Assembly (NCBI GenBank): GCA_009914755.4
Contig: CP086569.2
Coordinates: 16,736,001-16,800,000 of the forward strand
Reading direction: 5' to 3'
DNA from: the human T2T-CHM13v2.0 reference genome, Homo sapiens
DNA: 64,000 nucleotides
Shown: piece by piece, positions 31,999 through 44,868 of the stretch
Layout: each line of letters starts with the position of its first letter
Numbering within the stretch: the stretch's first letter is position 1
Made by a program: the position numbers and the translations under genes
Notes under the pieces: model-generated
The model's database searches: none
Told to the model about the DNA's origin: nothing
The model's input: only the letters and a program-made list of their open reading frames with translations

Positions 31999-32574
31999 AT
32001 GTTCTTTATTTAATATCTAATTCAAGGCTATCCTTTCAGGAACCTTTTGGGCTGTCTTCTAAGACTGGACCTCAGTGCTGATTCTGTGTGGTTCTCAGCT
32101 CCCTTTCTCTCTGCAGACCCCTCCCCTTTGACTCTTTCATGATAAACCCCCTGCTTCAACAATAGGAAGAGGGTGGAAATCAGTTTGTCTTGTTGTCCAC
32201 AGCAAAGTGCTGTGATTGCTATTATGAATCAAGACTACACCCTGGAATGTTTTTTGTCCTTTGAAGGTAATGAACATTCCCTGTACACATCACACACAAA
32301 AAAAATCCATAGAATGTATAATTGTTAATCACAATTATTGTGGTATATAATCACAATTGTTATGATATTATCACTCTTAGCACTGAGTGAAGTCCTCCAA
32401 ATGATAATAGCAGCCATGATAACACTTATTATGCTGTTGATGCATGCCAGATATTTAATCTTCAAGGCAACATTATGAGGTGAGTATAACGAGTAGCTCT
32501 ACTTCATATAAATGGAGAATTGGGACCTCTGTACTAAGTATGGAAAGCTGAGCAACAGAAATGTTAAGTTGTCA

Positions 32575-32890
32575 GCCAAGTGCAGTGGTGGCTCATGCAT
32601 GTAATCTCAGAGATTCAGGAGGATGAAGCAGGAGGATCATTTGAGTACAGGAGTTGGAGACCAACCTGGAAACATAGCAATACCCCATTTCTACAAAAAT
32701 AAAGAAAATAATTAGATGGACATGGTGGTGCATGTCTCTAGTCCTAGCTACTCAAAAGGCTGAGGCAGAAGGATGGCTTGAGCCCAGGAGGTCAAGGCTA
32801 CAGTGAGCCATGATTGCACCACTGCACTCCAGACTGGATGACACAGTGAGATCCTCATCTCCGAAAATTTTTTTTAAAAAATGAAATGTT
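32575..32890 (+). mobile_element. Alu (older, AluJ-like), sense
   Basis: Sequence 'gccaagtgcagtggtggctcatgcatgtaatctcagagattcaggaggatgaagcaggaggatcatttgag...cagtgagccatgattgcaccactgcactccagactggatgacacagtgagatcctcatctc' plus an A/T-rich tail. Confidence 0.88.
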
Positions 32891-35800
32891 GAGTTATTGA
32901 GTCAAAAGTCCAAGGGCTAAGCCATAACACAACTCTGCTGTTTAGCTAATTTTAATTAAATTAAATAAATTAATATTGAACCATGTTTGTCTGGTGCAGG
33001 TACAGGGAGCATGAGTAACATCCATCTTGCATCGAATTCACTTTCTGATACTTCACTTACTGCTGTATGAACTTGGACAAGAACGTAACCATTCTGTACC
33101 TCTGTTTCTCTATCTGGAAGGTGGGAATGAAGTAACAATGTGCAACTCTAAGGGCAGGCATGAGTTAATTTATTAAATACTTATAAGAATCATGATATAC
33201 ATTCACTCCTCATAAACAAAGAAGTTAGCTAAGGTTTGCAAATGCAAGGTCTTGATAAGACTGCAAGAGATTGGGAACTGACATGGTTGGCAAGACCTCA
33301 TTTGATTATCAAAGTCTTTGGAAAAGAATTTTGGGGGCTTTTCTGACGACCCGTGTAAGAGGCAGACTTACATGAACTGTCCCTCACCTTGGGCCCAAAA
33401 ATATCAAGATCCTGATGTCAACCTGAATATTAGCACAGATTATTAGGTCATTGAATAAATTCTTGAAAGCAAGGCTCTAAAAATAAAATGAAATGGAAAC
33501 TCATGTTTTAAATATTGATGATTCTGGCACCTCTGCAGGCCTTTGACATAGATGTTGCTGCTGTAGGCTGAATTAATTAATTAATTTGCATCAGGCCTCC
33601 AAAACTCAATGTGCTTCTTTCTAAACTAAAGTGCATATTCATAAACAAGTCTGTAAGACAGATGGCAAAGTAGAACATCCCACCCCACCTCAGTTTCCAT
33701 CAATTCAGTGGCTTCAGTTTCAAAACACTTACGGAATCTTTTTGTGCTCTGGCATTTTCAATGCATAATGGAAAGACATTTAGGGAAATTTATTTGTCAC
33801 TGGGAGACTTCTAAAAGTCAATACAAAATATCCCTTTAAGCTATTGGCATTACAGTATAGGCATATGTGGCTTATGGTGGTGCAGAAATCTCTTTCCAAC
33901 ATTGTTGTAGAAAAAATTTGTGGAATTTTTTTGAGTCAAGGTCTTTTTTTAGTGGTTATCACTGATGAGAGTGCAGATTTTTCATTTTATACTTTAATCT
34001 TTCTATTGGTAATTAAGTTGTCACTATGTTAACTGTTCGTGGGTAAAGATGGAAAAGCCAAAATCTTGGAGACAAAGATCAGTGCTCATGTTTACCAAGT
34101 ATTTGGAGGAGAGAGAAATAGGGTAGAGCTCAGAAGAATTTTAGGGCAGTGTAGCCACTTTGTATGATACTGAAGTAGTCATTATATATTTGTCCAAACC
34201 CACAGGATGTAAACACAGAGTGAACCCTAATGTGAACTATGGACTTTGGGGGATAATGATGTGTCCTTGTAGGTTCACTGACAACAAATGCACCACTCTG
34301 GTGGAAGACGTTGGTAGTGGAGGAGACTGTTTGTGGAGGGGTAGGGGGTAGATGTGAACTCTCTGTATCTTCTTCTCAATTTTCCTATGAACTGATATTA
34401 AGAAAATAAAGTCTATTAAAATTATATAAAACTCAAACATCAGTGTCTACAAATAAAATTTTGTTGCAACACAGCCACATCCATTTCTGCAAAGACAGAA
34501 ATTTGTAGTACTTGGTCCTTCATAGAGAAAATTTGGTGATTTCTTCTGGTGATCCCCTGGGTTATCCTATAATTCTGAGAAAGACATCAACATGATCAAA
34601 GCAAGAGTAGTCAGTTTAGCTTTTCTGCATTATTCAGAGAGCTTTTTGAGCTGGATCTTGAAGAATCCAGCTCTAAATTAAGGAAGGAAGCCAATAGTGC
34701 CTGGTTGAGGTTTTCAGGATCTTTCTGTTGTCTTCCCTCATTGTTATTATATTCTGTAGCATTTACTAGGACCAACACACATCCCAGAAGGCACCTTGGT
34801 CAATTACTTAAAAAAAGTAGACGTAGGACACTAATTTCTCATGTTGCCATTGAAAAGAGACAGCCTCACTTGCATAACTGAGTTTTTGACAATGTAATTT
34901 GTTTGTTTTAATTAATGTCCAGTATAGAATTTTCACTGTTGTTCCCCATAATGGCATAAATATATAAAGTCAATATATAATGTCAATTGCCCAAAAAGAC
35001 ACTTTTTCAAATACATTGCCTAATGCCAAATTACTCATATAAGGATAAGATTTCAGCCTTATGATTTTGTAATGTGTCAACCTGCCTAGACTAAATTACT
35101 TTTCCTAGAATCCTCCCACCTGTGTGTTTCTATCTTCTGTGTCCCACAAAAGCCATTTTTATCCTGGTTTTATGATGAAGCAGGGACCCCCTCTTAAAGG
35201 CCTTATCAAAGTCAAGAAAAATCTCGAGTTCCTTCAAGGGAAATTCCAGGTAGTTGGCTAGCCTTGAAAAGTAATTAAGCAGCTTGATATCCAAGAAGGT
35301 AATGGTACTTTAACAACAAAGGAAGCTAGAGCCAGGAGATACTAGGTTACCTATAGGAACTAAAGATAATATCTTAACATAAGTCCTTGAGTTGTTTTTC
35401 AGAAACCCAGAACCCCAGAAAATGCATTCACTGGCATGCAGACCTCAGTTAAGGGGCAACCACTTAACTGGTTAAGAATGTAACCACCATTCTTTATTTT
35501 AAATGTCTTTCTGAGGGGGCTGGAGGAAGTCATGTCCATGAGCCAGAGCTATCTTTCTTTTCTGCCCAACCCAATTTTTAAACAAAGCTTCTTTTCCTTA
35601 GCCAAGAGGCAATCTTTGAATCAGCCTGTGAGTCCCCTGCTTCAGGATATCCTGCCTTTTAGGGCAAAAACAATGTGTAACGTTCTTGAATTGATTTAAA
35701 ATTGTACTTGTAGCTTCTGCTTTCCTGAAATTTTCCCCTGCATTTACAAATCCTTACCTGTAAGCCGCTGGCAGGTGGGGTCTTGGGCATGAATCACCCA

Positions 35801-38800
35801 ATTTTCCTTGCTTGGTGCTTGCAAATAAATGCTTGACTTCCTCTCGCTGCCATCCTAATGTTAGTGTTTGGCTTGCTGTGCCAGGCAAGCAGACCGCCAT
35901 TCAGTTCTGTAACAATATTAGAGCAAAAGTGAAACTGCAGCCATGTTGCTTTTTGAAGTCAAGATTGGGGAAACAAATGAGAGCTGTGGTAGCTCATGCA
36001 TGTTGGCTCTTACCTGTGGTCTCACCTCCTTTGCATAGGAGTAGCCATGGGACATGAAGCTGCTCTAACTTTTTGTGGACACTTTTTCAGGTGTGCATTC
36101 AGCTCTACGGAAAACGGGGCAAGCTTTTCCTGCAAGATGTCCTGGCATTCAAGTTGACGGCAGAGAAATACAGACATGGATCATAGATAGCCCTGTTTCT
36201 AGATCATGCCTGTGGCTCCAAGCTCATTCTCATTCTCCAATTTTATAGGCAGTTTCCACTTCAGGAATCAAGGATTTCCCTTGTGAAAGGAAAATAAAAA
36301 CTTGGTACCCCAATTTGCTATGCCAAAAAAAATTAAGCTAAAAGCTGAGTCACGCAAGAAGTGGCCTTTTCCTTTGCTCCTAAGAAGATAGCTATGGATA
36401 AAAGCCACAGGTGTCTGCTCTGTGTTCACCAGATCTTACGTAAAGTGCCCATTTACTGAGTCCAAGAGGAATACACAGTTACCTGCTCATTTTCCCTTGC
36501 AAACCCCAGACTAATGTGACCATACCCTCCCTCCTGTCTCTCCAGCCCACATTTCTCCTTTAAATATTGAAGCCCTTCAAATCATCTTTGGAGAAAGGCA
36601 CAGACCACAGACAGTTTCTGTGATTCGTGTTGATCTCTTCTGGACATTTCCTTCATCTTGGCAAAATAAACTTCTGAGTTGATTGAGACCTGTGTCAGAT
36701 ACTTTTTGGTTTATACCCACAAGGAGAATCCAGCCTGCCTCATTGCCCAACTGCACTGGGAGTTGCTTGTGGTCTTTTGTGAGCTGATTGGTCATGTTAA
36801 TCACTTTCTTCTTAGTTGGAAGATAGAGTTAAGAGCTCAGTGATGTGGTTTTTATATTGTTTCCTGTCCTTCCATGCAGGTGGGTCACCACCACTTCCCT
36901 ATATGGACAATAACCTCCTCAAAACAGGAACATCACAGTCTACTTTCATGTCCTTATTCCTTTTCTGATGCCCTGAAATATATAAATGCAGGGTAGCATG
37001 GTTACTCAAGGTGCAAACACATGCTTCCTTTTGAGTCAGGTGAACTAACACTTGAACAATCAAAAGCAATGGTCACCATGACATACAGAGTAGTGCAAAC
37101 AGACTCACTCAAAATGCAGTATGTGGATGGCAGGCAGGGCTTTAAATTGCATATCTCATGTACTTGATTGCAAATGAGGAAAACTGTAATAGCCAAAGCT
37201 ATCTATCATACAGGTTCTGGTACTAAACACCTAAGCACTCATTGTGTTGTGTCAAGTAAAAACACATCTAGATGTAGGGAAGGAAAACTTTATTCAAAAT
37301 GATTATTGCAATAAAGAGGGACACTATTCTAATAATGGGAAGGGGAGTATTGGTATGCAGCATTACACAGAGAGTAAGATCTTCAAGCATGTCAAAGGTT
37401 AGGCAGAAAGGAGTTTAGAGACAAACTACTAGAAAGGACCAGACATGGGCGAGTGGGTGGTGGCATAATTGGACTAGACAATATCTTCCTTGTGGTAATG
37501 TCAGTTAATTCTCTGGAAAGGCCCTTAAGAAGGGTCTATGCCCTGGCTCCAACTGAGATTGGGTCAAAGTTCAGGATTCTCTGAGTGATGCAAAGAAGCT
37601 TACATGAACTAGGTCCAGTCCTGTGAATAAGCATTGCAATCCAATGCATCTGTGGAGCCACAGTTTAGCTAAACTTTTATGAGACAAAAAATAGGAATTA
37701 AAAGATTGATGTGTGTCTTTGTTGAAAGTGACAATAAAAGTGGAAGGACATCCATGAATCTTCTCTAAGGCATAAGAGAATGGTGTTTTTTGCAGTAACT
37801 GCTTTCTCAGAACACACAAAACAGGTAGAGGGGGTATTTCTTTACTGTTACTGTTTTCCTGGAGCACAAGTAAAATTTAACATTGTCAATTGCATTCATT
37901 AATTCTGGTTCCTTCAATAGCCTTCTAAGTCAGGGCTACCCATGTTTAACATGTATTGTTGTGTGTACACACACACACACAAAATCACACACACAGAGGT
38001 AGCGGAAGAGAGAGAAAGAGCGAGGGAGAGCTCATATTTACACTGTGCACTGGAATACATGAGTGACGTTATTGAGCCAAGTCTCTCTACACTGGTGTAC
38101 GATTAGGAAGATGTCCTCTAAAATAGGTACTATTATACCCATTTTTCAGAAGTTCAGAATGAATCTCAAAGTGGTCATATGAACTTCTCTAAGGAAGATC
38201 TACATTTTTAACTTTTCTAACTTTCCTACTTAATAGAAAGACAAGTGTCAAATTTTACTGGCACTGGATTCCAGGCTTTCTGTCTTCTATATTTTTACCC
38301 AAAATAACCACAATAAAAAGAATGGTTCTTAGTTTCTGAGGCGGTGTGCTTCATGGATGTCAAAGCAAAAAAACTTGAGGACAAGAAGACAGAAATCTAG
38401 AAAAGTAGGATGAGCATTCACTCCCATCATCTCGATGTAAAACTGCAACCTGTCATGTTTTCCCTAACAGAAGGTAGAGATTCAGTTGTGGGTGTTGGCT
38501 GGAGTAAGACATAAAAAACTTGAGACGCAAAGGGAGCTTTATGTTTGAGGCAAGGTTGCAAAATATCAAATAAAAGTCAAAATGACATCCTTCCATTTTC
38601 TCTCAGGTTGCTGTTTTTGGCATTTTTCTGCAATCACAGTATGATGAGAAGGAAGGTACGTCTGTATCAAACTCCACGCATAAGTAAAAGTAATTGCCCC
38701 TGTGATAGATCAGCCTGATAGGGAAGATTCATTTCATAAGCAAACAAAAACCTGAGAAAGTTCTGCATGCCGACTGGCAATAAAAATTTTTAAAAAGGGC

Positions 38801-40397
38801 TAACAAGCACTGTTTCCCATGCCTTCCCCTTTCTGTCTTACCTGTCATTAAAATGCATCCAACTGAGATGTCAAATACTTTGCAGAATCTCCTCATCCAC
38901 AAAGCAAGACCAACACTTAAACCAAATTACAAAGGTTTCTAGATGGTCTGATTTAGAAAGAATATATTGAACCACAAATAATGGATTCATGGATTTTCCA
39001 CGCTTGTCAGGAATATCAATAATTATGGTTTAATTCTGCAATGGGAATTACTTATGGGTGCCAGCTAATCAGGGCCAGAGGAGCTGGTCCTGACTGGCTT
39101 TTTCTTGTGTGTGCTCGGATGTGGCCAAATATCTTTCTAGATGACAAATGGGTCATGCCAGGGGGTGTAAACTGTACAGGTTTTAAATGTGCCATGCTAT
39201 GTTGGCTGTTGTTAAGAAAAGCTTCAGAAGGGGCAGGCTGAATTATCCTGCATCTTTGTCCTGGGAAGCTAAAGGTCAGATCACTCTGTGGTCATGGGCT
39301 GGCAGTGAAATGAAGGAGGAGGAGTTTGCTTCTGGGACATTGACAGAAAAAATGACTTTAATCTGATATTCATAAACCATAGCAACTGGCAGTTGAAAAA
39401 AATGATTTAGTAACAGATACCAACATGGTAGAAGTGAACAAAAAGGAACACCCCAAGGTGGACACGTTACAAAAGCAAGGGTGAAACTGGTTTACCGAAA
39501 CTCTTTGTATCCTTACTTCTAGGATGTGATTGTATCTTTTCCAAAGCAGTGGCATCTTTTAGAACAAAATATGAGGAGGTATTTATTGTGGTTGGCTGTG
39601 AGGGAAATGCAAAGAACATCTCTGAAGCAGATGTTTTCTATTTAAAAAAATACATTATTGCCTCGGCAAAATTCCTCTTTTCCTTTCCTAAGACTAGGCG
39701 AAATTCATATTTTATGTGACTGCTCTCCCAAATGGGATGATGTTGTCAGCTATGAGTTACCGAAGATGCCTCTTTTGTCTCCTTCCCAGAATACACAAAG
39801 CAAAGGTCTAAATGTGATTTTTGGTGAATATGTACTTTTTTTTGTTGTTGTTTTCAAATGAAAGATGCCAAGTGGGGAAAATGAATGTCTTAATCCTATA
39901 TTCCCCTCCTGGAGAATCTGTGCCACAGGGAAATGGAAATGACAGTGGAGCTCAGTGATCATGTGGTTCAGCTCTCTGCCTCTTCCTCTACCAACCACCT
40001 TCCCTTGCTCTTCCATCAATCTCCACTTTCCTACTTTTGTGCTGTTGTTCCTCTCCCTTCAGGTTCTCCCAGAGGTGCACACCCTCATTTATTTATTCAG
40101 CAGGCACACAAACAGATTACCTTGAGTTTGCAGCAAAGCAATTATATTCTTAATCAAGTCAAGTTGAATGAACTCAGGAAATAGATTACATAGTTTTTTG
40201 TTAAGAGTGAGCATCTCTTTGAAAAAGACCATAATATGTCTCCAGTTGTGTATGACCAGTGGGTCTTGGGATGACTCAAACTCATTTAGCTGTTTTCTAA
40301 AAGTCACAGACAATGCTTTTCCAAATAATTCAAATTATTGGGGTAAAAAAAACTTTTCTCTTCTAAGATATTTAAATTGCTTTAAATTTTATTTTAA

Positions 40398-40750
40398 AAT
40401 TATACTTTAAGTTCTGTGGTACCTGCACAGAACAGGCAGGTTTGTTACATAGGTATACATAAGCCATGGTGGCTTGCTGCATCCATTGACTCATCACCTA
40501 CATTAGGTATTTCTCCTAGGCATCCATAAAAATGTATGAGTTTATGTCATTGGCAGGGACATGGATAAAGCTGGAAACCATCATTCTCAGCAAAGTAACA
40601 CAAGAACAGAAAACCAGACACAGCATGTTCTCACTCATAAGTGGGAGTAGAAAAATGAGAACACTATCTCTCCCCTAGCCCCAAACCCACCAACAGGCTC
40701 CAGTGTGTGATGATCCCCTCCCTGTGTCCAAGTGTTCTCATTATTGACTC
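40398..40750 (-). mobile_element. Rearranged L1 3'-end fragment. The pattern is antisense 3' UTR (40398-40530), a sense ORF2-end segment (40535-40650), then antisense 3' UTR again (40650-40750).
   Basis: Segment a is 'actttaagttctgtggtacctgcacagaacaggcaggtttgttacataggtatacat...cattaggtatttctcctaggc' (RC L1 end). Segment b is 'gtcattggcagggacatggataaagctggaaaccatcattctcagcaaagtaacacaagaacagaaaaccagacacagcatgttctcactcataagtgggagt' (sense). Segment c is 'tctcccctagccccaaacccaccaacaggctccagtgtgtgatgatcccctccctgtgtccaagtgttctcattattgactc' (RC). Confidence 0.75.
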
Positions 40751-42194
40751 CAGGATATAAAGGTTATTTCTTTTTGGAAAGATACTTGGAGATTTAAGTA
40801 ACTCATCCAGTAATTTTTAACATTGTTCATTTCCAACATTGAAATCAATTTTTCACCCTTTGAATAACTTGGACTAAGTTTCCCCTCATGATGTTTTTCA
40901 ATGAGCCCTTTACATTGAAATAATGATTCACATACATCCTCTCTTCTAAAAGGAGGAATTTGGAGTTTATCTCCCCTTCACTTGAAGATTTGTAGGTTAT
41001 CTGCATTAAAGATGAGTTATTCTAAATCATATCCAGGTAATTAATCAATTGCTATTAAACCACAGTAAATTGTGCTGTGCTGGGTTTTAATGGCAAACAT
41101 TTTTCTACCAAAAAACAAATGCTGCCAGACCTACTCTAAAGGTCCCTGATGCAGTATCTCTTCATCAGCATGCAGAGCACTTATATTTTCAATATGATAA
41201 TTAAAGGTAAAATGTTTTTTATTAATAGTACTGAGAATATTTTAGTCTTAATGCCACAGAGAGGGAATTAAGATAACACGAAAGATCCACCTCTAAGAGC
41301 ACACACTGCTGAAAGAATAATACCTAATTTCTACATTGAACATTTGGATTGCTTTCTTTGGGGATTATGTTTTATTTACTGGTGAGGAAATGTCTCTTTA
41401 ACTATATTTAAACTGATGTTGCATGAATATTTAAAATGATGGTTTCAACCAGAGAAAGATTTTCATTGTGGAATGAACAACAGAAGAAAATTCCACTCGA
41501 CTTTCTCTGAAAGATTGCAAAGCTTTAAAACCATTCTCTTCAACATTGGTATTCACCACCTTACTTATTAAAATAAGTAGAGTGGGAATAAATAGCCTAG
41601 CACTGGTCCTTTATATCCTTGCATTAAAAATGAAATGAGATAAGCCCTTCAAGTATGTAAAGCAATAACCTAAAGGCTGAAATGTATTAGTATAATGGCC
41701 ACAGTGATACCTTGCCTGTTTTTAGAATTTTATATACACTGAATCCTCAAAACCCCTCAGCAAATTGATTGTTATGGCAACTTTGCAAAGAAGGAAACTG
41801 AGGTGAGAGACATTAAATAATTGCCTGGAATTCAAATTAAATAAGGCAAGGAAATGGATTAGGAATCCAGGTGGGTCTACTGAGTGTGAGTTTGTAATGA
41901 TACACCCAATCATAGAGGAATTCTCTCTTCTTCAGGAGGAAGAAAATTCATACCCACTAATCCACAGGATCAGTGGATCAGGGACTTAGTAAAAATAATT
42001 GTAAAAACATTTATTAAGCACTTGCATATAAAAACACAGAGTACCATGAGAAGAAAATTGTACAGAGCTAGGCAAGGCAGGACTCCTTTCAAAAGCAAAT
42101 AATACATGGGAGAGAAACAAACTCTAATAATTATAGAAAAAACTTTTTGTTAATAAGAAAAAAAATTTAATCAGGATACTACATACTCTAAGGA

Positions 42195-42540
42195 TGAGTT
42201 TTAATTTTTAATTTAATTGTTTTTATTTTATTTATTTTTTATTTTATTTTATTTTATTTATTTGTTTTATTTTATTTTTGGAGGTGAGGTCTCACTTTCA
42301 TTCAGGCTGAATTACAGTGGTGCAATCACAACTCACTGCACTGTCCATCTCCTGGGCTCAGTCAGTCTTCCCACCTTAACCTCCAGAGTATTTGGGACTA
42401 AAGGTGGGTGCCACCATAACTATTTTTAGAACTTTTTGTAGAGATGGGGTCTTGCTGTGTTGCTCAGGCTGCCTCAAGTCATCCTCCCACCTTGGCCTTC
42501 TAAAATACCGAGATTACAGATATGAGTCACCATGCTCAGC
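42195..42540 (-). mobile_element. Alu, antisense, with a (TTTTA)n-type tail at 42195-42278. Diverged ~19-bp TSD (ctctaaggatgagttttaa / cttctaagtatgacttttaa).
   Basis: RC Alu 'ggaggtgaggtctcactttcattcaggctgaattacagtggtgcaatcacaactcactgcac...ccgagattacagatatgagtcaccatgctcagcc'. Confidence 0.88.
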
Positions 42541-44429
42541 CTTCTAAGTATGACTTTTAACTATTTTGTTTATTTGTTTGTTTTGCAAGAGAACATCATA
42601 ATCCTGTCAACACAATGTTGTTTAAAATTTATACTCTTATTTCTTTAAATATAAAGTTTAATTTTTAAGGGCTCCTTAAATTCAGGTGTGACAAATCTTT
42701 GGTATTCCAACTTACAGCTACTGTTTCTGGTATAGGGTTGGGGTTTTTCCAAAAATAAATAAATAAAGTCCATATGTAAGACTGTCTAAAAATTGGTTAG
42801 TGTCTTTCTTTGGCATTTTTCTAAAATTTAGCATCACTGCCAATCAACTCTAGAAATGGCTATCTTAAGGTCTAAAACAACACTGCATAGAGATTCACAA
42901 GATGAGGGAGAAAATACAATCATATAACCACATTTTGGTGAATGACAGATCATATATACAATGGTGGTACTATAAGATTTTGGTATTGTATTTTAACTGT
43001 ACTTTTGCTGTATTTAAATATGTTTGATCACAGAAATAATTTAATCCCATATTTTTTCCTGTACATATTCTTTGTTTAAAAATGATTCTAATACTGAATT
43101 TTTACGGTACTGTTTCATGTTTAAATATGCTTGAATACATAAACGCTGACCATTGTGTTACAATTGCCTGTAATATTCATTATGGTAACACACTGTACAG
43201 GTTGTAGCCAAGGAGCAATAGGCAACATCACACTGGTGCATCACAGGCTATGCTGCCTAGGCTTGTGTAAGCACAAGCTATGACATTTAAGCAATGAAAT
43301 CACCTCATGACCCTTTCTCAGAATGTATCCCTCTAGTTAAGCAATGCGTGACAATCAGATTCCCTTTTAGCCTTTGACATTAAGGCATTTATACTCTAGT
43401 AGGCAAGCCAAATTTCACTGAAATAAAAGGGACCAATATAAGAAAGTATATTTTCAACTTCCAAGCGTCTTCTAAGTGATAATTTCTGGAGGGAACACAA
43501 GAAGGGAGTGAGTGATGAGAACTGTAGGTTTGGTTCCCATGCTATGGTTGGCACAATAATGCAGAAAATAAAATACAATTTCAAGATCCTCTAAATTTAT
43601 GATGTCAAGGAGGGACTTAACCCCTGGAAAGTGAGTCATGTAGCATGCTTGCAATTCTGCTTCTTAGATAATAGCTTAACTATCTTCTTTACTGCTCTTG
43701 TTCTGTAAATGACTAGGAGAGACCAGAGACTAGGCCTTCCCCTTCCAGTTACTGATCTTTGTTATAGATTAACTGTCTCCTTTATTGTCCTGTACCTAAC
43801 TCAGACCAGATGGTCTAACCCAAAACCCCTTCCCAGTCACATCCTCAGTGTGCAATGTTAAATACACCTTTCCTCAAAGAATAAGTCTACCTCAACTAAT
43901 CAGATCACTGTAACTGCATCAAATATCATATTGAAAGATGTTGAAGTTCTGTTAAAATTCTCTGAACATTGTCTATATAAGCAATCACAAACTTCCACAT
44001 TTTGAAACACTGACCTCCATTATTTGGAATCTGTGATTCCCAGGACAGCCTGTCTTTAACTTTGTGCCTGAATAAACCCTCTTTAACTAGTTTCTGACCT
44101 TTTTAATTAGAGATGGCAATAATGACCTCCCAAAGATGTCCAGGTCCTAATCCTCAGAAGATACAATTATGCTGTTACATGGTAAAGGGAAAAAATTGTT
44201 GCTTATTTGATGTTAGGTTTATTTAATGTTAGGTTGATGTTATTTGATGTTGCACATCTAGTTAGATGTGTAACTTTGTGTTCATGGGCAAACAGCAAGC
44301 CTATGATGTAATTACTTGTTTCTGTGATGATTGAGGTATATAGGAAATATAGTTTATATTTTTCCCCTGTTTAATTCCAAACTTTAGTGTTTAACACTTA
44401 CTTAACCAACATCAAATAAAAACCAATTT

Positions 44430-44868
44430 TTTTTTGGTTGTAGTTACCATTGGGGCTGTTAATCTGCTGACTGTGAGGTGGGGAGATCCTCTTGAATTAT
44501 AAGGTGGGACCAATGTAATCACAGGATCCTGTGTGATGGAAGAAGGAAACAGAAGAGGTCAGAGTCAGAAAAAAAGATGTGAGGACTGCACCAGAGTCAG
44601 AGAGAGGCCACATTGCTGGGTTTGCAGAAGAAGGGAAGGGACCATGAGACAAACAAACTTGGCGGTCCTTAGAATTTGGAAAAAGCAAGAAACTACCATT
44701 TCCATAAACATCTGCAGTTATACAATCCTGCCAACAGCTTGATTTTACTCCAGTGAGACCAGTTTTGCCTCCCAGTCTCCAGAACTGTAAGGTAATACAT
44801 ATCTATTGTTTTAAGCCATTCTGCTTTTGGTCGTTTTTTACAGCAGCCACAAAAAACACAAATACACA
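44430..44868 (+). mobile_element. MaLR-type solo LTR (THE1/MST/MLT1-like). The family call is tentative.
   Basis: Sequence 'gaggtggggagatcctcttgaattataaggtgggaccaatgtaatcacagg...ctccagaactgtaaggtaatacatatctattgttttaagccattctgcttttggtcgtttttacagcagccacaaaaaacacaaataca'. It resembles the remembered MaLR LTR 5' region (ggtgggaggtaattgaatcatggg) and the MaLR 3'-end signature. Confidence 0.45.

Noticed and set aside
35500-36300. Relatively GC-richer unique stretch with an AATAAA ('cttgcaaataaatgcttgacttcctc') that could be an LTR R/U5 region or a polyadenylation site
   Set aside because: I cannot match it to any repeat consensus or gene structure from sequence alone. I leave it uncalled rather than guess. 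A Dfam search would settle it.
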